64,000 nt of DNA from Lingula anatina (Eukaryota; Animalia; Brachiopoda): assembly GCA_051362555.1 (NCBI GenBank), contig CM120644.1:23892534-23956533 (forward strand), in the 5' to 3' direction. Shown one piece after another: positions 12,105-25,770 of the stretch. Numbering within the stretch: the first letter of the stretch is position 1; each line of letters begins with the position of its first letter. Position numbers and translations under genes: made by a program. A model generated the notes under the pieces. The model was not told the DNA's origin, did no database searches, and was given only the letters and a program-made list of their open reading frames with translations.

Positions 12105-12809
12105 TACCCCCGTCACACTAGAGGCAGAATGAGCAAGAATGCCGTCGGAAATACAATTATTTGTGCGTTCCTGGATATTCAAAGAGCATTCTAAAAATTC
12201 CGAGTGCATTTCAAATAGTTTTACCCATTCTTGTGGTCGGCCCGAATGTAAAAAAACTTTCGAAGTTCATTCCAAGTAGAAAATTATTGAATGGCATTTG
12301 AATAGTATTCTAACTACACTATAACTGCATTTTAAATATTCTCACGGTATTCTGGCAACATTCAAAACATTGTGATCACATGCAAGGGGTTATTCGAACT
12401 GGTACGTGACTTAAGTCCCCTGTCACACGTATCCGGAACCAGCAGGAATCAAGCAGAACCAGCTGGAATAAATTAATTGAAAAATTAGTTTGTCTAGAAT
12501 GTAACACGATGTCCAGTGTGTATAAATAAAACAACTGAAATGGTAACTGATCAGAATGTTTCGAACGCTGTCGGAATGCCGTGAGAATATTTAGAATGCA
12601 GTCATAGTGCAGTTAGAATACTGTTCAAATGGCATTCGATAATTTTCCACTTGACATGAGCAAAACATTCGAGCCGGCCACAAGAATGTGTAAAAATATT
12701 TGGAATGCACTCGGAATTTTTAGAATGCTCCTCGAATATCCAGGAATGCACAAACAATTGTATTTCCGATACCAATCTTGATCATTCCGCCTCTAGTGTG
12801 ACGGGGGTT
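12105..12809. mobile_element. Non-autonomous PIF/Harbinger-like MITE with long (~270 bp) imperfect inverted arms
   Basis: Left end tacccccgtcacactagaggcagaatga... is inverted relative to right end ...tcattccgcctctagtgtgacgggggtt. TAA flanks both sides (12102-12104, 12810-12812). Confidence 0.8.
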
Positions 12810-14879
12810 TAAAATCCCTCCAGAATGTTTCGAATGTGCCTCGAATGAGCTGAAATATTAATTTAGCCAGCAATCGAACTACACTAGTACGCCATTCAAA
12901 GTATATTCTAAATATTCTGACTGCCTTCTGACAGCATTATATACACTATAGCTAATAAGTCCCCGGTCACTTTAATAGCACACGCTGTCTACATCAGACG
13001 CGCTAATGCGCACGTCCCCGACAGTGTTAATGATAGGGGGATTACGATGGACAGCGCATGTTGCTCACAGCAGTAGGCACTGCCGCCGAAGTTAAACCGG
13101 TAATTAAGTCTTTAACTTGACTAAACATGTTTTGCTTTGTAACTTGCGTCCTTCAGTCTTGCTGTTGCGGAAGCGCCGGCGGGACATATCTCCACCTTGC
13201 CGATATTTATCCCGACTCTCGACTTTAAAAGTATTATTTGTTTTGATTTTATCAAAGTCTTATTATATCAGAAAACCTGCATATTTTCATACGTTAAGAG
13301 AATTGTAGAAACTGTAGAAAAAGCTACTCGTACATCAGGGATAAAAAACAACACCTTGCAGCACTATTACCTATTATTCATCACCAGAAGTTACTGTTTC
13401 ACTTTTTTCTCCCAAATTACAAAGTCTGATGACAACTGAAAGCCTTTAGCCATACCTCAGGGCAGTGGGAGATAGTCTGGATTTGATTAAATGTAATAAA
13501 AGTATATTTTGAAGAATTTTCCTAGCCTTCGGCAATTTCCGCAAAGCTTCGGCATGCGCGGCAATACAGAGCTGTCGATATCTGAATGCATGAACAATAG
13601 AATTGGTGGAACAACGGTTAACGTCGTTGAGTAGTCTGCAACCTACCCGACGGGAGTTCGTGTCCCTGTTGGTACTTTTGAAGATTTTGAAATTGTCATT
13701 ATTATAAATATCTATTAATATATAAAACAGTCGTGGCTAATTGTTTTTGCAACGGAAAGCACAGTAGGAAGGTTTGTTGTTATTGTTAAAGTTATTATTA
13801 CTGGGGACATAAATTAGTATGCTAATCTCTTATCATGGTATAATGATTGATACGATGGGTATCAAATAGTTTTCCTTTGATATAAACAACAAAAGAGCGG
13901 CCTTCCAAATATCTTTGCTGAATGTTTATAACGTAGGTACTATTATGCGCAAAAATATTGATACATGACGCAAACGACATTTACTAATTTTGGTAATATC
14001 AATTTTAATTAAAATCAAATTTAATTGAAATTAAAATTAAAATTTGTCTAAACGTGCATATTACCATTCACCTTGTTTAAAGGGTTCGCAACACTTTACA
14101 TTCTAATACATTTTGCCAATTTTCATGTTTGCTAGTTTATTTTGATTTGAGAGAAAGCGAGAGAAGACCCTCTACTAGGGCCGCAAATTAATTATGAGTA
14201 TTTTTCTTCAGTGCAAGAGACTGTGTAATGAAAAATCAATCTGTAACTCTGGTATAGGGTGGCCTTGTGTGCGTAATAATATACAAGTAGGGGCAGGGGT
14301 ACAGTTTTATAGTACAAATAGTAATTTTATACATCTTATTGATCTCATCGTCGGGTCATTGTTTACAGTAGCGCTTTGTCGCTGTGCGTACCTTTTTGCA
14401 TTTGAGTTAGACTCAGTCAGTAACAGCTGGTGATTTTGTCTTTTTTGCGTTTCATTGACAATATTTTGGCCACCTAAGTAGGGAAATGTGGCTCTTTGTT
14501 TTGAAATGACATTTCCATTGTTCCTTTGAACATGCAAAAGTCAACACACTTACGTCAACATACTTACTTTGTAATACCAACCCAGGGGAAGAAACTAAAG
14601 CCTCATAAGGTGTCGTCATTCACACTGTAAAAGGTGTTAATATCATGCTTCTATTGTTTGCCCATGAATCATTATGACAAATTTGAAGGGTTGCCAGATC
14701 ACTGGCGCTTCATTCAATTCTCTATATCTGCCCTGCAGCCTGGGATGAGTGATACTTGACTGACCTTTGTTTACATCTGGAGATTTTCTTTATAATTCGA
14801 TCAGTGTGCATAAATTATGATATTTTCCATCAGGAAAAATACGTGATAATGTTACGATTCTTATTTTATGGATACATAA

Positions 14880-15930
14880 TTACAAAAATTAATTCCTGAT
14901 TTAATACCCCCTATTTCAGCGCCTATTCCTGGCTGCGTTAATTATGGGGGGTTGGAAAGTAATCCGTTACGTTAGAACGCAGGAGTGATGATTGCTACTC
15001 TTACCAACGGTGCATCACCGATCAACTAATCTCAGCCACCTGAAGCAGAATCACCAACAAAAGACAAATTGGACTACATCTGCCTTCTTGTTGAGACATC
15101 TTATGTAAAAAAGGCGATAACGGTCAAAACATACGTGCTTCGTGGTTTATTAAATGTTCATCGTATTTTTTCGTTCGTTATTCTTATGAGTTAAGCAGCT
15201 TCACCTCCGTGACACCCTTTTTATTTATTTAAACCATTGTTAGATAAACCATGGGTTTCACTCCAGATTTCACGATCGAGCAGCTGATCATGAGGAGAGT
15301 GTAGCATGCTATAGTAAACTACCCCAAATATATATACAACACCTCCAGGGTTTCACGATCGAGCAAGTGATCATGAGGAGAGAGTGTAGCAGAGAACTTC
15401 ATTAATGGTCGTCATAATTGGTGGTTGCCTTGGGAAAATGAGTTACATGATTACATAATACAGATACATAATAACATAAGATTAATACTAAACTTTTCCC
15501 TGATACAAAAACCCCTATTTGAGCGCTTATTCCTGACTGCGTTAATTACGGGTGATTCGAAAGTAATCTATGAGGACGCAGGAGCGATGATCGCTACTCT
15601 TACCAACGGTAAATCACCGATTTACTTGACTCCGCTACTTCGAGCAAAATCACACACCACCAAAAGACAAATTAGACCACGTTCGTCCTCTTATTAAAAC
15701 AAAGAATGTAAAAATGTGATGTCGGTCAAAGAAGAGGCCTAGACTACGTGCTTCATGGTTTATTAGATAGGCCTATTCATTGGATTTTTTTATTTCATTA
15801 TTATAGCTTCACCTCGCGAGACCCTTTTTTATATATTTAAAACACAGCACCCCACTGGTTTCGCGATCATGAAGAAAGGGAGTGTAGCAAAGAACCTCAT
15901 TAATGGTCGTAATAATAGGTGGTTGCATTG
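14880..15930. repeat. Diverged tandem duplication, unit ~550-600 bp
   Basis: Blocks ccctattt.agcgc.tattcctg.ctgcgttaatta, gctactcttaccaacggt, caaaagacaaatt.gac.ac, tacgtgcttc.tggtttatta and agtgtagca.agaac.tcattaatggtcgt each occur at ~14.9-15.43 kb and again at ~15.5-15.93 kb. Confidence 0.8.
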
Positions 15931-16969
15931 TAGGCCTAACCTTGTTCATTTTAGTCGACAGACTAAGCTAGAAGAGAGAAAAGATCATTATCGCCTCTCT
16001 TTACTTAGGAACAATAAGGATGGCTGGTGGCAGCATTTATAAGTTCTTTTATTTAGAAACTTTCCGATCCTTTGTCTGGGACTGCGTCCGAGAAACGGCG
16101 ATAACGACAGAGACGTCCTCGAACATTTTGGACTCAGTGCAAATAAAAAAAAAAAATCCGTTAAGAAGTAGCCTTTAAATGTCCTGGCAAATAATTTTGC
16201 GATGGCTCAGAGAGTTCTAGAATGAATGACAAGCAACGACATTAGGGTTAATAATAGACTAAAAACTATCAGAGTGTAGGCCTGTCTTACTTCATTTCTA
16301 AGGCCATCTTGTGATACGAGTCATGCTACACTACAAAAGAGGGGGTAGCAGTGGATGATTTAATACAGGGATACCATCGATAGTATATCAATAGAAAATC
16401 GCAATCCTCAAATGTTTTTTAATTCATTAAATATAAACGGTCTTTTCTCGTACAATGGGTCTGGTATAGTTGTATTGGCCTATCAGTTGGAAACACGTGG
16501 TTCGTCTACAATTGCAAATGGCGGAGGTGCCGTGGTAGTTATTGTCGTAAAATTAGCTGGATACGGTGCACGTGAGAAAAATATTCATTAAATTTAGTTT
16601 TCGAGCGTCAGCTTAATCTGGTAAAATGCGAGACGAAAAAAATGATAGATAGAGCCTTATGACCCACTGTAGAATGATGCCGAATAATACATCAACGACG
16701 TAGTTTATCGGCAGATAAACGTGTTTCCATTCTCGGCTGACTGAGGAAAGGTTTGAGAGAGCATTTAAAGAAGAGGCGGTCGAACCAATAGTGAGTAGGA
16801 AGTGTGCTGCAATCAAGACGAACAATACCGATCATAAGTGGACAGCTAATAACCCCTAATTAACCCCGGGTTACGCGCTGCTGTGTTGACTCCTTGCTGG
16901 GAAGGGGTAGCGGCCTCCTACTGCTGTGCGTAATCAAACATTGTCTTCTAACATGCGGCTACACGACGG

Positions 16970-17637
16970 CACCCTGAGCTTCAGAACTAACTTGACACCA
17001 ACCTTTTCACTGTAGCCTATCTCCATCGTGTCAAGTAACCTCTGACCAGATTCGATTGCCTCCGCCGCCCGCCAATCAAATTTAAAAGCCCGCACTCAAT
17101 GACTCATTAAACGATCTAGCCAATGAACGCGAACGAGTCAAAGCGCGCTTTGTTAAAATCCGGACCAATCAAAGATAAGGCTGAATATCAGGGACTTGCC
17201 GTAACCTGTGGGCAGCAGGCAAATAACATCGTCTCTCAGTAGATAATGATGCAGGGCCTCAAACTGCTAGACCCTATGGTTTCAATTCCGATTTACTCAT
17301 ATTTTGCAAAGAATCAAGAGATAACTTAACACATTCTTTTTCGTAGTCACTCGCCTTGCTTTCTTTGTGTACGGTAATACACTCGGAACTACTCGGATGT
17401 CTCCGCACTCGACAATAACTATGTTGTTAGTATGGAGCTTGCGGAATCAGCCGAAGATTGCCGATTGACGGTTAACTAATCAGCGTTTTCACCAAACTTT
17501 GGTGAAAAATTTTGAAACATGGATTTGATTGGCTTATATAAACTAGGTCAAACTATTTTCGTCAGAGGTTACTTGACACGATGGAGATAGGCTACAGTGA
17601 AAAGGTTAGTGTCAAGTAAGCTCTGAAGCTCAGGGTG
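16970..17637. mobile_element. Non-autonomous DNA transposon, 8-bp TSD (hAT- or P-like), 668 bp
   Basis: ~77-bp near-perfect TIRs (CACCCTGAGCTTCAGA...GTCAAGTAACCTCTGAC and its inverse at 17561-17637). Perfect TSD CACGACGG at 16962-16969 and 17638-17645. Confidence 0.9.
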
Positions 17638-19124
17638 CACGACGGTTGCATTGTATTAATAAAGTAATACCTATTCATAAGGAAGGGGGCGGATGGTAAT
17701 CTTACGAGAATTAAATCAGTTATCGATCATACGCGTACCAATAGTCGTGTTTTTTTTTTAGCTATACGGTATATTCCTAGTTTTCCAACTAGATTTGAAC
17801 TGCATTTGAGAGCTAATACAGCCGAAATGTGCACGAATCATTCCATGCGAATTCAAGCGCATTCTGAGTATTCCAACTGTACTCTTACAAGAACTAAGGT
17901 CAATTTGAACTTTTTTGCCGAATGTGGTGCGAGTTTTAAAATGTCTTCATTCGGGCTCATTCTGCTTAATTCCTGCCGATTCCGAATAAGTGTGACGGGG
18001 GCTTACGAGGAGTGAAGAAAACATGCTGTTATAGCGCTTTCCTGCAAAAATTAGTGACAATATGGCGGCTGCTGACTACCTCAAATTTTACACAAAATAC
18101 CAGATTGTTTAAAAACTACAAGGAGGATTATAATGAGCTTTTTGAGAAAACGAATGATTTAGGACCAAAGAAGTTAATACGCCCACTCCATAGAGGTCCT
18201 GTGCAGATTTCTAGGTCAGCATTAAATGCAACAAGTGATTTTATTCCAATACAACCTGCATAAATACATTGCAAGAGAAATCAGCAAATAATTATCATTT
18301 CAAACTATATGCCATTCAAACTCTGTTAGAATAATGATACCCAAAACTTGCTGTCGTAAAAGTAGGAACGATTGTCTTGTACTCTTAATTTTCTTAAATT
18401 CTCTACTTACTATACATATAATTTTCCATCAAAATAAGAACGATTGTAAACAACAATAAACAATTTCAAAAGTGATGATTTTATGTATGCATTGAACTGA
18501 TTTCAAGTCATCGCTTTGTTCCAAAAATCACGCCTGTATTGTATGGATTACAATGTAAATCTTGGATGAAACTATTCAAAAATCGACAAATCAGGTAAAT
18601 TAAGAATGAGTGTTTTCTATCGCCCGTGGAAGTTCGTATGAATTGCAATCGCTGCTACATATCGGGGGTACTGCTTTTGAAGTCTACGCAACACGTGAAG
18701 CAACCTGGGTGGTTCTATGGTACCGGAAGTGGATTAAAGCTGAAACTGCTATAAGCTGGCGTTAAAGTCATCCTGTTGAGCTATTTTACTTTAGCTCGAT
18801 GCCAAGGAATCTACTGCGCAAATTGAGGTCGGGAGCTGCACTTTCCTAAAAAAAATTAAAACGAGAAAAACGGGTTAACAAGAAAGCTAAAGCAGACATA
18901 TGGTTCGTTAGTTAACACTAAAATAGGTCCATAAGTAAACTCAGCACATGCGCTATATTGTATGTACACATTTGGGATGAAGCAAAAGACAAGATATGAA
19001 TACACTCCATGCGTATATATTATTATTAAGTATGCTCTGTCCAACCCCTTGATACTTTCTTCAAAGGACCAGATTGACTATGGTGCGCATTTTTACATAG
19101 TGTTACTTACATCGTGTATTCTAA

Positions 19125-20596
19125 CTACACGCAGGCCTGTAGCTCCTCCTTGAACACTGTCCCCAGGGGACAAGGTCTGAGGATAGCCACGGGCCGAACG
19201 TGACACTGCCAGTAACATGTCTCGTCTTCAGAGTAAGCGAAGTACAGCTTTTTACTCGGTCCGTAGGTGACAGTTTCAATTCTGTATCTGAAAAGTGTTA
19301 ATTACCAAGCGACGATGAAATATGAAATGTTGGCCAACTGAAGTGAAGGGTTAAGGTAATACACACAAAATATGGTGTGTTCAAATAAAGTTTGTTCTGC
19401 ATTCTTTTATTAAGATTGTCCCAATACCCTAAGCCGATTGTAAAAAGACTTCGTTTTTTTTTCTCTTAATAAGATCACATTTGAACACTATGCACACTTG
19501 GCTGTAATATTTTTACTTTGGTAAAAAAATAACTTTTTTATATTTAATCAGATGATATGACGATAGATGCTACTTCGGTAAACAAAACTCGGCCTCTTAG
19601 TCACGAATTAAGAGAACATGACTATAGAAGATATGTTATCAACCAACCCAGCTGTCTGTCCATGATAACCCTTTCCTTTTATTGGGACTTTCTGTGTAAA
19701 AGACCCCCCTGGCAAGTACTCGTCACGGCACACGGCTAGAATGGAATAAAATAAATACATATACTGATATATCTAAACAAATTGGCAAAAATACCATGGG
19801 AAAAATTACTTTTAATTCACTAAATTGATTTTTTTCATTAAAGGGATAATAACTCTTCGAATGAGATCTATGTTTCACAATAAAAACATTGTAAACAACT
19901 CAAAGAAATATAATATATTCCGTTTCACAACAAAAACGGCAGTTACAGCTATTATTCTGATATCTGAGCTCCATTGATGGCTATACTCTGTTATAATATC
20001 TTAAGAGATTATGAAAAAAACAAGGAATGTAAAAATGGATTCATTAACCATTGGTAAGTATGAGAAAAATTGTTGTTTACTCCAGGAAAATTCAATTTTT
20101 GTCCACAACGAAGAGTTATTATCCCTTTAAACTTTAAGACTTGTTGGCATTTTTGAATGTACACATTTATTAATAGCTAAGTGTGTGGAGTTATATGTGT
20201 AATGAGTATATAAGTCGTGTTTGTTTTTGTCCTGGTATTTTTGTTTGAAAATATTGAAAGTGGGAATCCAGTTCTAACACTGAAATTATAAGGTCTACAA
20301 AACTGCCACAAACTCGGTTCTATAAGTTATGCTTATAGTGATAAAGTATGATTTAAAACATATACCGACACTCTGCAGATAGCACTGCAGATTAAAATGT
20401 TTATTATATTCTTACTGAATTTCCAGTTGAGTAAGCTATCACACAAGTGGAGGGCACAGAACTAAGATAGGTGTTATAAGTAGAACGGAACACTGGGACT
20501 CCTTGTATGGCTGCGTGTTGTGGTACACGGGGCATATTGCAACCAGGAATGCGGCGTTTTTTACAATATTGTGTATGTGTGTCGTTGTGCTTATGT

Positions 20597-20668
<72 letters not shown>

Positions 20669-23600
20669 GTACATGGTTTCTTTGTGTGAGTTCCAGCACA
20701 TCTTTTGGTCATCATCGGTTTTTGTCTGAAAAACAAGACAAGGCTTTTTAACTGCACCTACTCTTTTACAGATGAGCATATGAAAATGTCCCGATGCCGA
20801 TCAATATTTATGAGGCTGTTTCGAAAACAGCGCCTAACAAAGACACCTTTTGAACAATGGCTACTAAAGTAGTAAATTGTTATACATATTTATCATCCAA
20901 CCATTCGTCATTCAATGCTTATATAAACTTAAATTATGAAAAAAAGGTATGTTCTCCATTATTACCTAAAAAGGTATTATAAATACTATGAATAAAGTTG
21001 TAAGAAATGCATGTTTATTTACATCGTAGGGTGCTATCACTGACTGAGCCTGCCAATACTGAGTGTTACTTAACATCAAAAAAGCAACCAATTTAAACAG
21101 TACAGAAAAGAGAATATGTAATCACATACCCGGACATAACATTTGACGAAGCACTCAAAATGTATAACAATGGGAAATCTGTTGGCAGAAAGGATTAGCA
21201 GTCGAAAAAAAATCACCCCACAATGTACTAAATACCCCACACTACAGCATCTGATATAAATGGGATATACTTTGCGTCTAAGGCAAAATATACCGTACCA
21301 AAAACTGAGAACTATAAGTTCTTAAAAATGCACGGAAAAACCTTCAACCTTTTACTGTGTTTTCAATTAACCAGCCATTGCAAATAAATTAGAAATATCT
21401 ACAAGGCATTTTATATCTACTGTATTATCCCTTTTTACTGTAAACCATCCCAACGACAACAGGTCATATTGCATCTTGTGCATTGATCCCGATTATGGAT
21501 GAGCGTCATTCTCAAAACCAAGCGTTCGCAAACCGATATCGAGGTTTCTTAAAGTCTGGGTCAGGCTGCGCTTGCAACCTTTTGGCAACCTCTTTGCAAC
21601 CTCAGTGATCGCATAAGGTTGCTAACAGGTCGCCTGCGATCGTTGACACATGAAGGCCATTTTTGTGCACCGACAAGCAGTGCGACTAAAGATGAAAAAT
21701 ATCGGTATCCTAAAGATTGCCAAACGGTCTCTGCTTGGTTGTCAGTAGGTTGCTATAACCAGTAGCATACCACTTGCAACTGCACGGTCGATTTACAGTA
21801 TTTTGTCGACTGCTCGCTTACAAGTTTTTTTTTTATTTTTCAGTCGCAAGTAGTCGGCATGAGGTCGCTAGGTTGCAGTTGAAACTGCATGGTCGATTGA
21901 CGCTTTTTAGTCTCTTGGTCGCTAACGTTTTTTTTTTTTTTTTTTTTTTACCGATCGCAGGCATTCGAAACTATGTCGCAGGAAGGTTGCAAGCGACTAC
22001 AATAAAATTGGGGTTGAATGGTGGTCTGTTTGGGCAAATACTTTTTTCCATAACTTCTCATGTATGCCTTCTAAATATAAAGATCTTAAATTATATTATT
22101 TTAAACAAAGAAAACAAAGCATTTGCTGGCAAGATTTTATACTAATTGCCAAGGTTTTCATATACCACGTATTTCAAACTTACGAAACCGAAACAAAAAA
22201 AAAAAAAATAATAATAATATGAGGCTAAAAAGCAATGTACGGTTTTTTGACGCTACGCTTATTTATTTTATCACTTTGCGAAAATCATAGGTAAAATGCC
22301 GAAAACCTCAATTATGAATCGCTGGATGTCATTAAAAATTTGTGAAGCCATTTTATCAAAGTAAACAATGAAACAAATTCACGATGCAGCGAAAACGGAA
22401 AATTATTTAATCAGCAATGTATAATTGCTATTTAATATCATAATTTTAACCATCAACATTATCCCATAACTAATTGAACAGATTGTTAAATGTGTCCAAT
22501 ATTCTTAAACAAAAAGTTTCAACACAAACAATTTAACATCTTTCCAGTGCTTGGTATCCTCAATAAAAGGATGAGAGTATAAAAAAGGACACGGTGCGCA
22601 CGTAAAAAAGGACACGGTGCGCACGACCTATCACGATTTAATTAGACTGTATTGTAAGTGGCAAACGCCCGGGGTTACAAAGACAAAGGGAAATCACACA
22701 TTCGGTTGCAAATCAGTTACAAAGCAGTCGGCGACCTGTACAGCCACGGTAACAACCGGACGAACGAATTTTAGGCTAATGCGTCCCCTGCGGTCGTAGA
22801 GGTAGACGAAAGTTTGCCTTGCGAGTTGCAAGGGCCAAATGAGATGTTCTTTTTTTAGCAGGAACGCTTATTGCAAGGTGCAAGGTACAGGGCCGTGAAA
22901 ATTGTACTCATTTCTTGAGTTTGTTTTGCTACCTGTACGTAGCTCTCACTCACCACTATTGAGGAGAAAGCAACGCACGGCGAAAGTAGTTCCATTTCGC
23001 TTCACATTTGCCTCACACCCTTGTGATGACCGCGTACGTCAGTTTTGCCTAGCGTTCTCCTCTTCTTTCTTCTTCTTCTTTCTCCCTTCTTTCCTGCTCT
23101 CTAAGGTTTTTTTATTCTTGTGCGACCTTGTTGCTACCAGTTGACAAGCGATTGCTACAGTCCGGTTTTCAATCACCAAGTGGTTGCTGAGAGGCTGTAT
23201 ATGGGTGTGCGACTGGTAACATGTAACTTGAAGATGGTCTATAAGAGGTTGCAGATACCATACTGCAACCTTGTTGCAACCTGTTTGCGACTGCTTGCCG
23301 ATCAAATTTCGACATAGCTTCATAATTAGCTTGCAAAGTGATTGCAAGCAACCGCAAGATTTTGTGGTTGCAAAAAATGTTGCCAAAAGGTGGCAAGAGC
23401 AGTTTGACACAGCCTTAACACAGCACAAAAATTTATCTTTCTGAATTTTCGAAATCTGCAGAGTGACGTGGGGATAGTGCAAGCTGGGCTTTACAAAAAT
23501 GTGACTGAACAAATTCACATTGTATCCTGGCCCCAATAATTCATAAGCGTTATTCTCAAAACTGAGCATGCGCAAGGTCAATATGGAGTGATCGTCCCAT

Positions 23601-24483
23601 ATGACATCACACTGAAGAAGATCACGAATGTGATCGAAAACTCTGTCAGGTACAGCTCTATTTTAAAAGTGTAGAAATTGAAAAGTTTAATACTTGAATC
23701 AAATCTGCTAGATGTTAATTCAAAACTGAACAAAAGGTCTTTTATTTCTCCCATTGTTGGATATAATATTTTAAAGTCCCATGCAATATATAGAAAAATC
23801 AAGACGTACATGTAGGTCCTGCAAAAAAGAAGCGTGTCTTGATTTCAGCTGTTAATATCTCTTAAGTTAAAACTCATATATTTAGAGTGCACGGCACTAA
23901 CGGTTTGATTTCATGGTGATTATTCGGGTACGTTGGAAATAAAATTTATGCTTCATAAACAAGACAAACACACACACGCGTGTGTTTATGTGTGTGTACA
24001 TGTATGTGTGTGTGTGCGTGCGCCATGGCTATTTAGTACAATCGGCGATTGTCCATGGTCAGTTGCTGATTATACATACATCAATTTGCATTTCTCAGCT
24101 AGTATAAATGCAAAACAGGCGATGGTATCAATAATGCCATTGTTGTTAAAATGAATCTGCACATTTTAAATCAAAGACACCCAGGTGTGTCATTCATTTA
24201 AATTAAAACATTTAGCACGTCAAACTGAATATTTTATACAGTATGTTTCTACTCACAGGCGTAAATCAAAGTCATGTCATGTCATGTCACATGTGTTATT
24301 GTCCTATCCTTCGAAGTCATCAAGACATAATGGAAAAGTAATCACCACAATATCTCCAGATAACACAACGCCTCTTTGTTCACTGTCACAACACCCAGGA
24401 GATATAAATGTAATGACAATAAGGAATACTTACATGGAAACTGCCAGACCTACAAGACATAGAAACAATGCAATCTTCAACAT
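19125..24483 (-). CDS. Small secreted chitin-binding type-2 (ChtBD2/peritrophin-A-like) protein, paralogue A, 117 aa; exons 24434-24483, 20673-20725, 19648-19735, 19125-19287
   Basis: Four GT-AG exons, phases 2/1/2, summing to 354 nt: MLKIALFLCLVGLAVS-IQKPMMTKRCAGTHTKKP-SVCRDEYLPGGSFTQKVPIKGKGYHGQTA-GYRIETVTYGPSKKLYFAYSEDETCYWQCHVRPVAILRPCPLGTVFKEELQACV*. Hydrophobic signal peptide and Y-x-x-C-x10-CPxGTVF-x6-C motif. Exon structure matches paralogues B-D. Confidence 0.85.
19842..20126. mobile_element. Kolobok-like MITE (TTAA TSD), 285 bp, in intron 2 of paralogue A
   Basis: TIRs AGGGATAATAACTCTTCG / CGAAGAGTTATTATCCCT, flanked by TTAA at 19838-19841 and 20127-20130. Confidence 0.85.
20594..20663. 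repeat. Compound (TG)n(GA)n microsatellite next to the exon-2 donor of paralogue A
   Basis: Direct reading of the sequence. Confidence 0.95.
21553..23415. mobile_element. Non-autonomous PIF/Harbinger-like element (~1.86 kb) in intron 1 of paralogue A
   Basis: Imperfect TIRs agtctgggtcaggctgcgcttgcaaccttttggcaac and gttgccaaaaggtggcaagagcagtttgacacagcct. TAA on both flanks. Arms rich in (g)gttgc/gcaacc/gtcgc subterminal motifs. Confidence 0.75.
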
Positions 24484-24799
24484 CTTGGCGTCTTTGTGTC
24501 GTCGTGAGTTCTCCAGTCTTTTCTTGATGCTATGAAGTGTTGCGTCGGGCAGCTTTCAGTCCCCTTTTTATTGCAAAGTTCGTTAAGCGCTCCCTCTTTT
24601 TTGTTAGTTTTATAGCTGTGTTAACATGTTTATCTTGCAAAGCAATTGCGCAACATGAATAAAGATACGTTTTTAAGCCACCTAAGGGTTCTGTTTTATA
24701 GCATCCAGTTCCACATAAAATGTGGCAGGCAGGATCTCTGTCGAGTCAAGCAATCATAAAGCAATTTCACTGTAGATCGGAATGTTTCTGTCTTTCATT

Positions 24800-24846
24800 C
24801 GGAGTCAAAAGGTCGTTTGGTAATAGATAACGACCTTTTGACTCCG
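24800..24846. other. Perfect 18-bp inverted repeat with 11-nt loop upstream of paralogue A
   Basis: CGGAGTCAAAAGGTCGTT-tggtaatagat-AACGACCTTTTGACTCCG. Confidence 0.9.
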
Positions 24847-25509
24847 GAGGCGTTTCTGGTTTCTTTTACATTACAGACATCCCAACATTGAATAGATGAA
24901 GATTATTTTTTTTAATTTGACTCTTCTTTCTGGCTTTAAACAGATAACATGGGCCTCAAATCGAATGATTAAAATACGCTCAAGTCATGCGACTTCAATA
25001 TTTTATACTTGTTGGGATAGAGGTATTTAAATGCTAGATTAAGAATTGTGTATACAGGCACCTGGCTTCACGAGAATTTAAACTTCTCAGGTACGAGAGG
25101 TGGATGGGTATAAATTATTATCAGGGGTTTGAAAAGTGATCTTACGGGTACAGTGCTTGTAGATAATGGTAATTTAGTTTGACCGCTTGACGAGCTGGTT
25201 CTCTCCTCCGGGAGGCTTGTATGTCGTCACCGGTCACATGTGATCAAGTAGCTCATTACTTCCAAGACTTGCGAAAAATGATTTTTAGCTCAAAATTTAT
25301 TAAATGAGTTTCCAATTTGTGCATTTTCATTAATATATCATTAGTTGGGCGTTTATTTCTGATGCGTCCGCTCCGTTTAAGCCATTCTGTTGCAAAAATT
25401 TTAAGGTCAACAGCTTAATTGTTCATATGTGAGGCTTGTTATGTTAAAAAGTCGTTATGTCTTTTACAGGAGGTGACATTGAGCCCTTGGGGAATTAATA
25501 GAATGACAA

Positions 25510-25770
25510 TTAGAAAAGCACTTCGAGAGCGCAGACCTCCGCCAAGACAGTATTCTTTTTATTATTGATAATAGGTTGATTATTGATCCGGATCACCACC
25601 AAAAACTTATCACTTCTAAGTTAACCCATTTCTGACCTAACCTGAAAATTTCATCAAAATCGGTCCATAACGTTATGAGTTATGTTGATGATTGATTTTT
25701 TATTATTGATCATTGATTGATTTTTGATCCGGATCACCACCAAAAACTAAATATCTCTTCCTTGGTCCGT
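25510..25770. mobile_element. Interspersed repeat fragment, possibly a non-autonomous Helentron/DINE-like element
   Basis: gagagcgcagacctccgccaag end motif followed by two internal copies of ttgatccggatcaccaccaaaaact. It resembles a repeat type common in aquatic animals; classification is from memory only. Confidence 0.4.

Noticed and set aside
20404-20779. Several overlapping ORFs with SLSL/HTHT/ERER runs
   Set aside because: Microsatellite translations; only 20673-20725 is a real exon.
22902-23581. 180-aa and neighbouring ORFs
   Set aside because: They lie in the repetitive arm of a non-autonomous transposon and show no recognisable domain.
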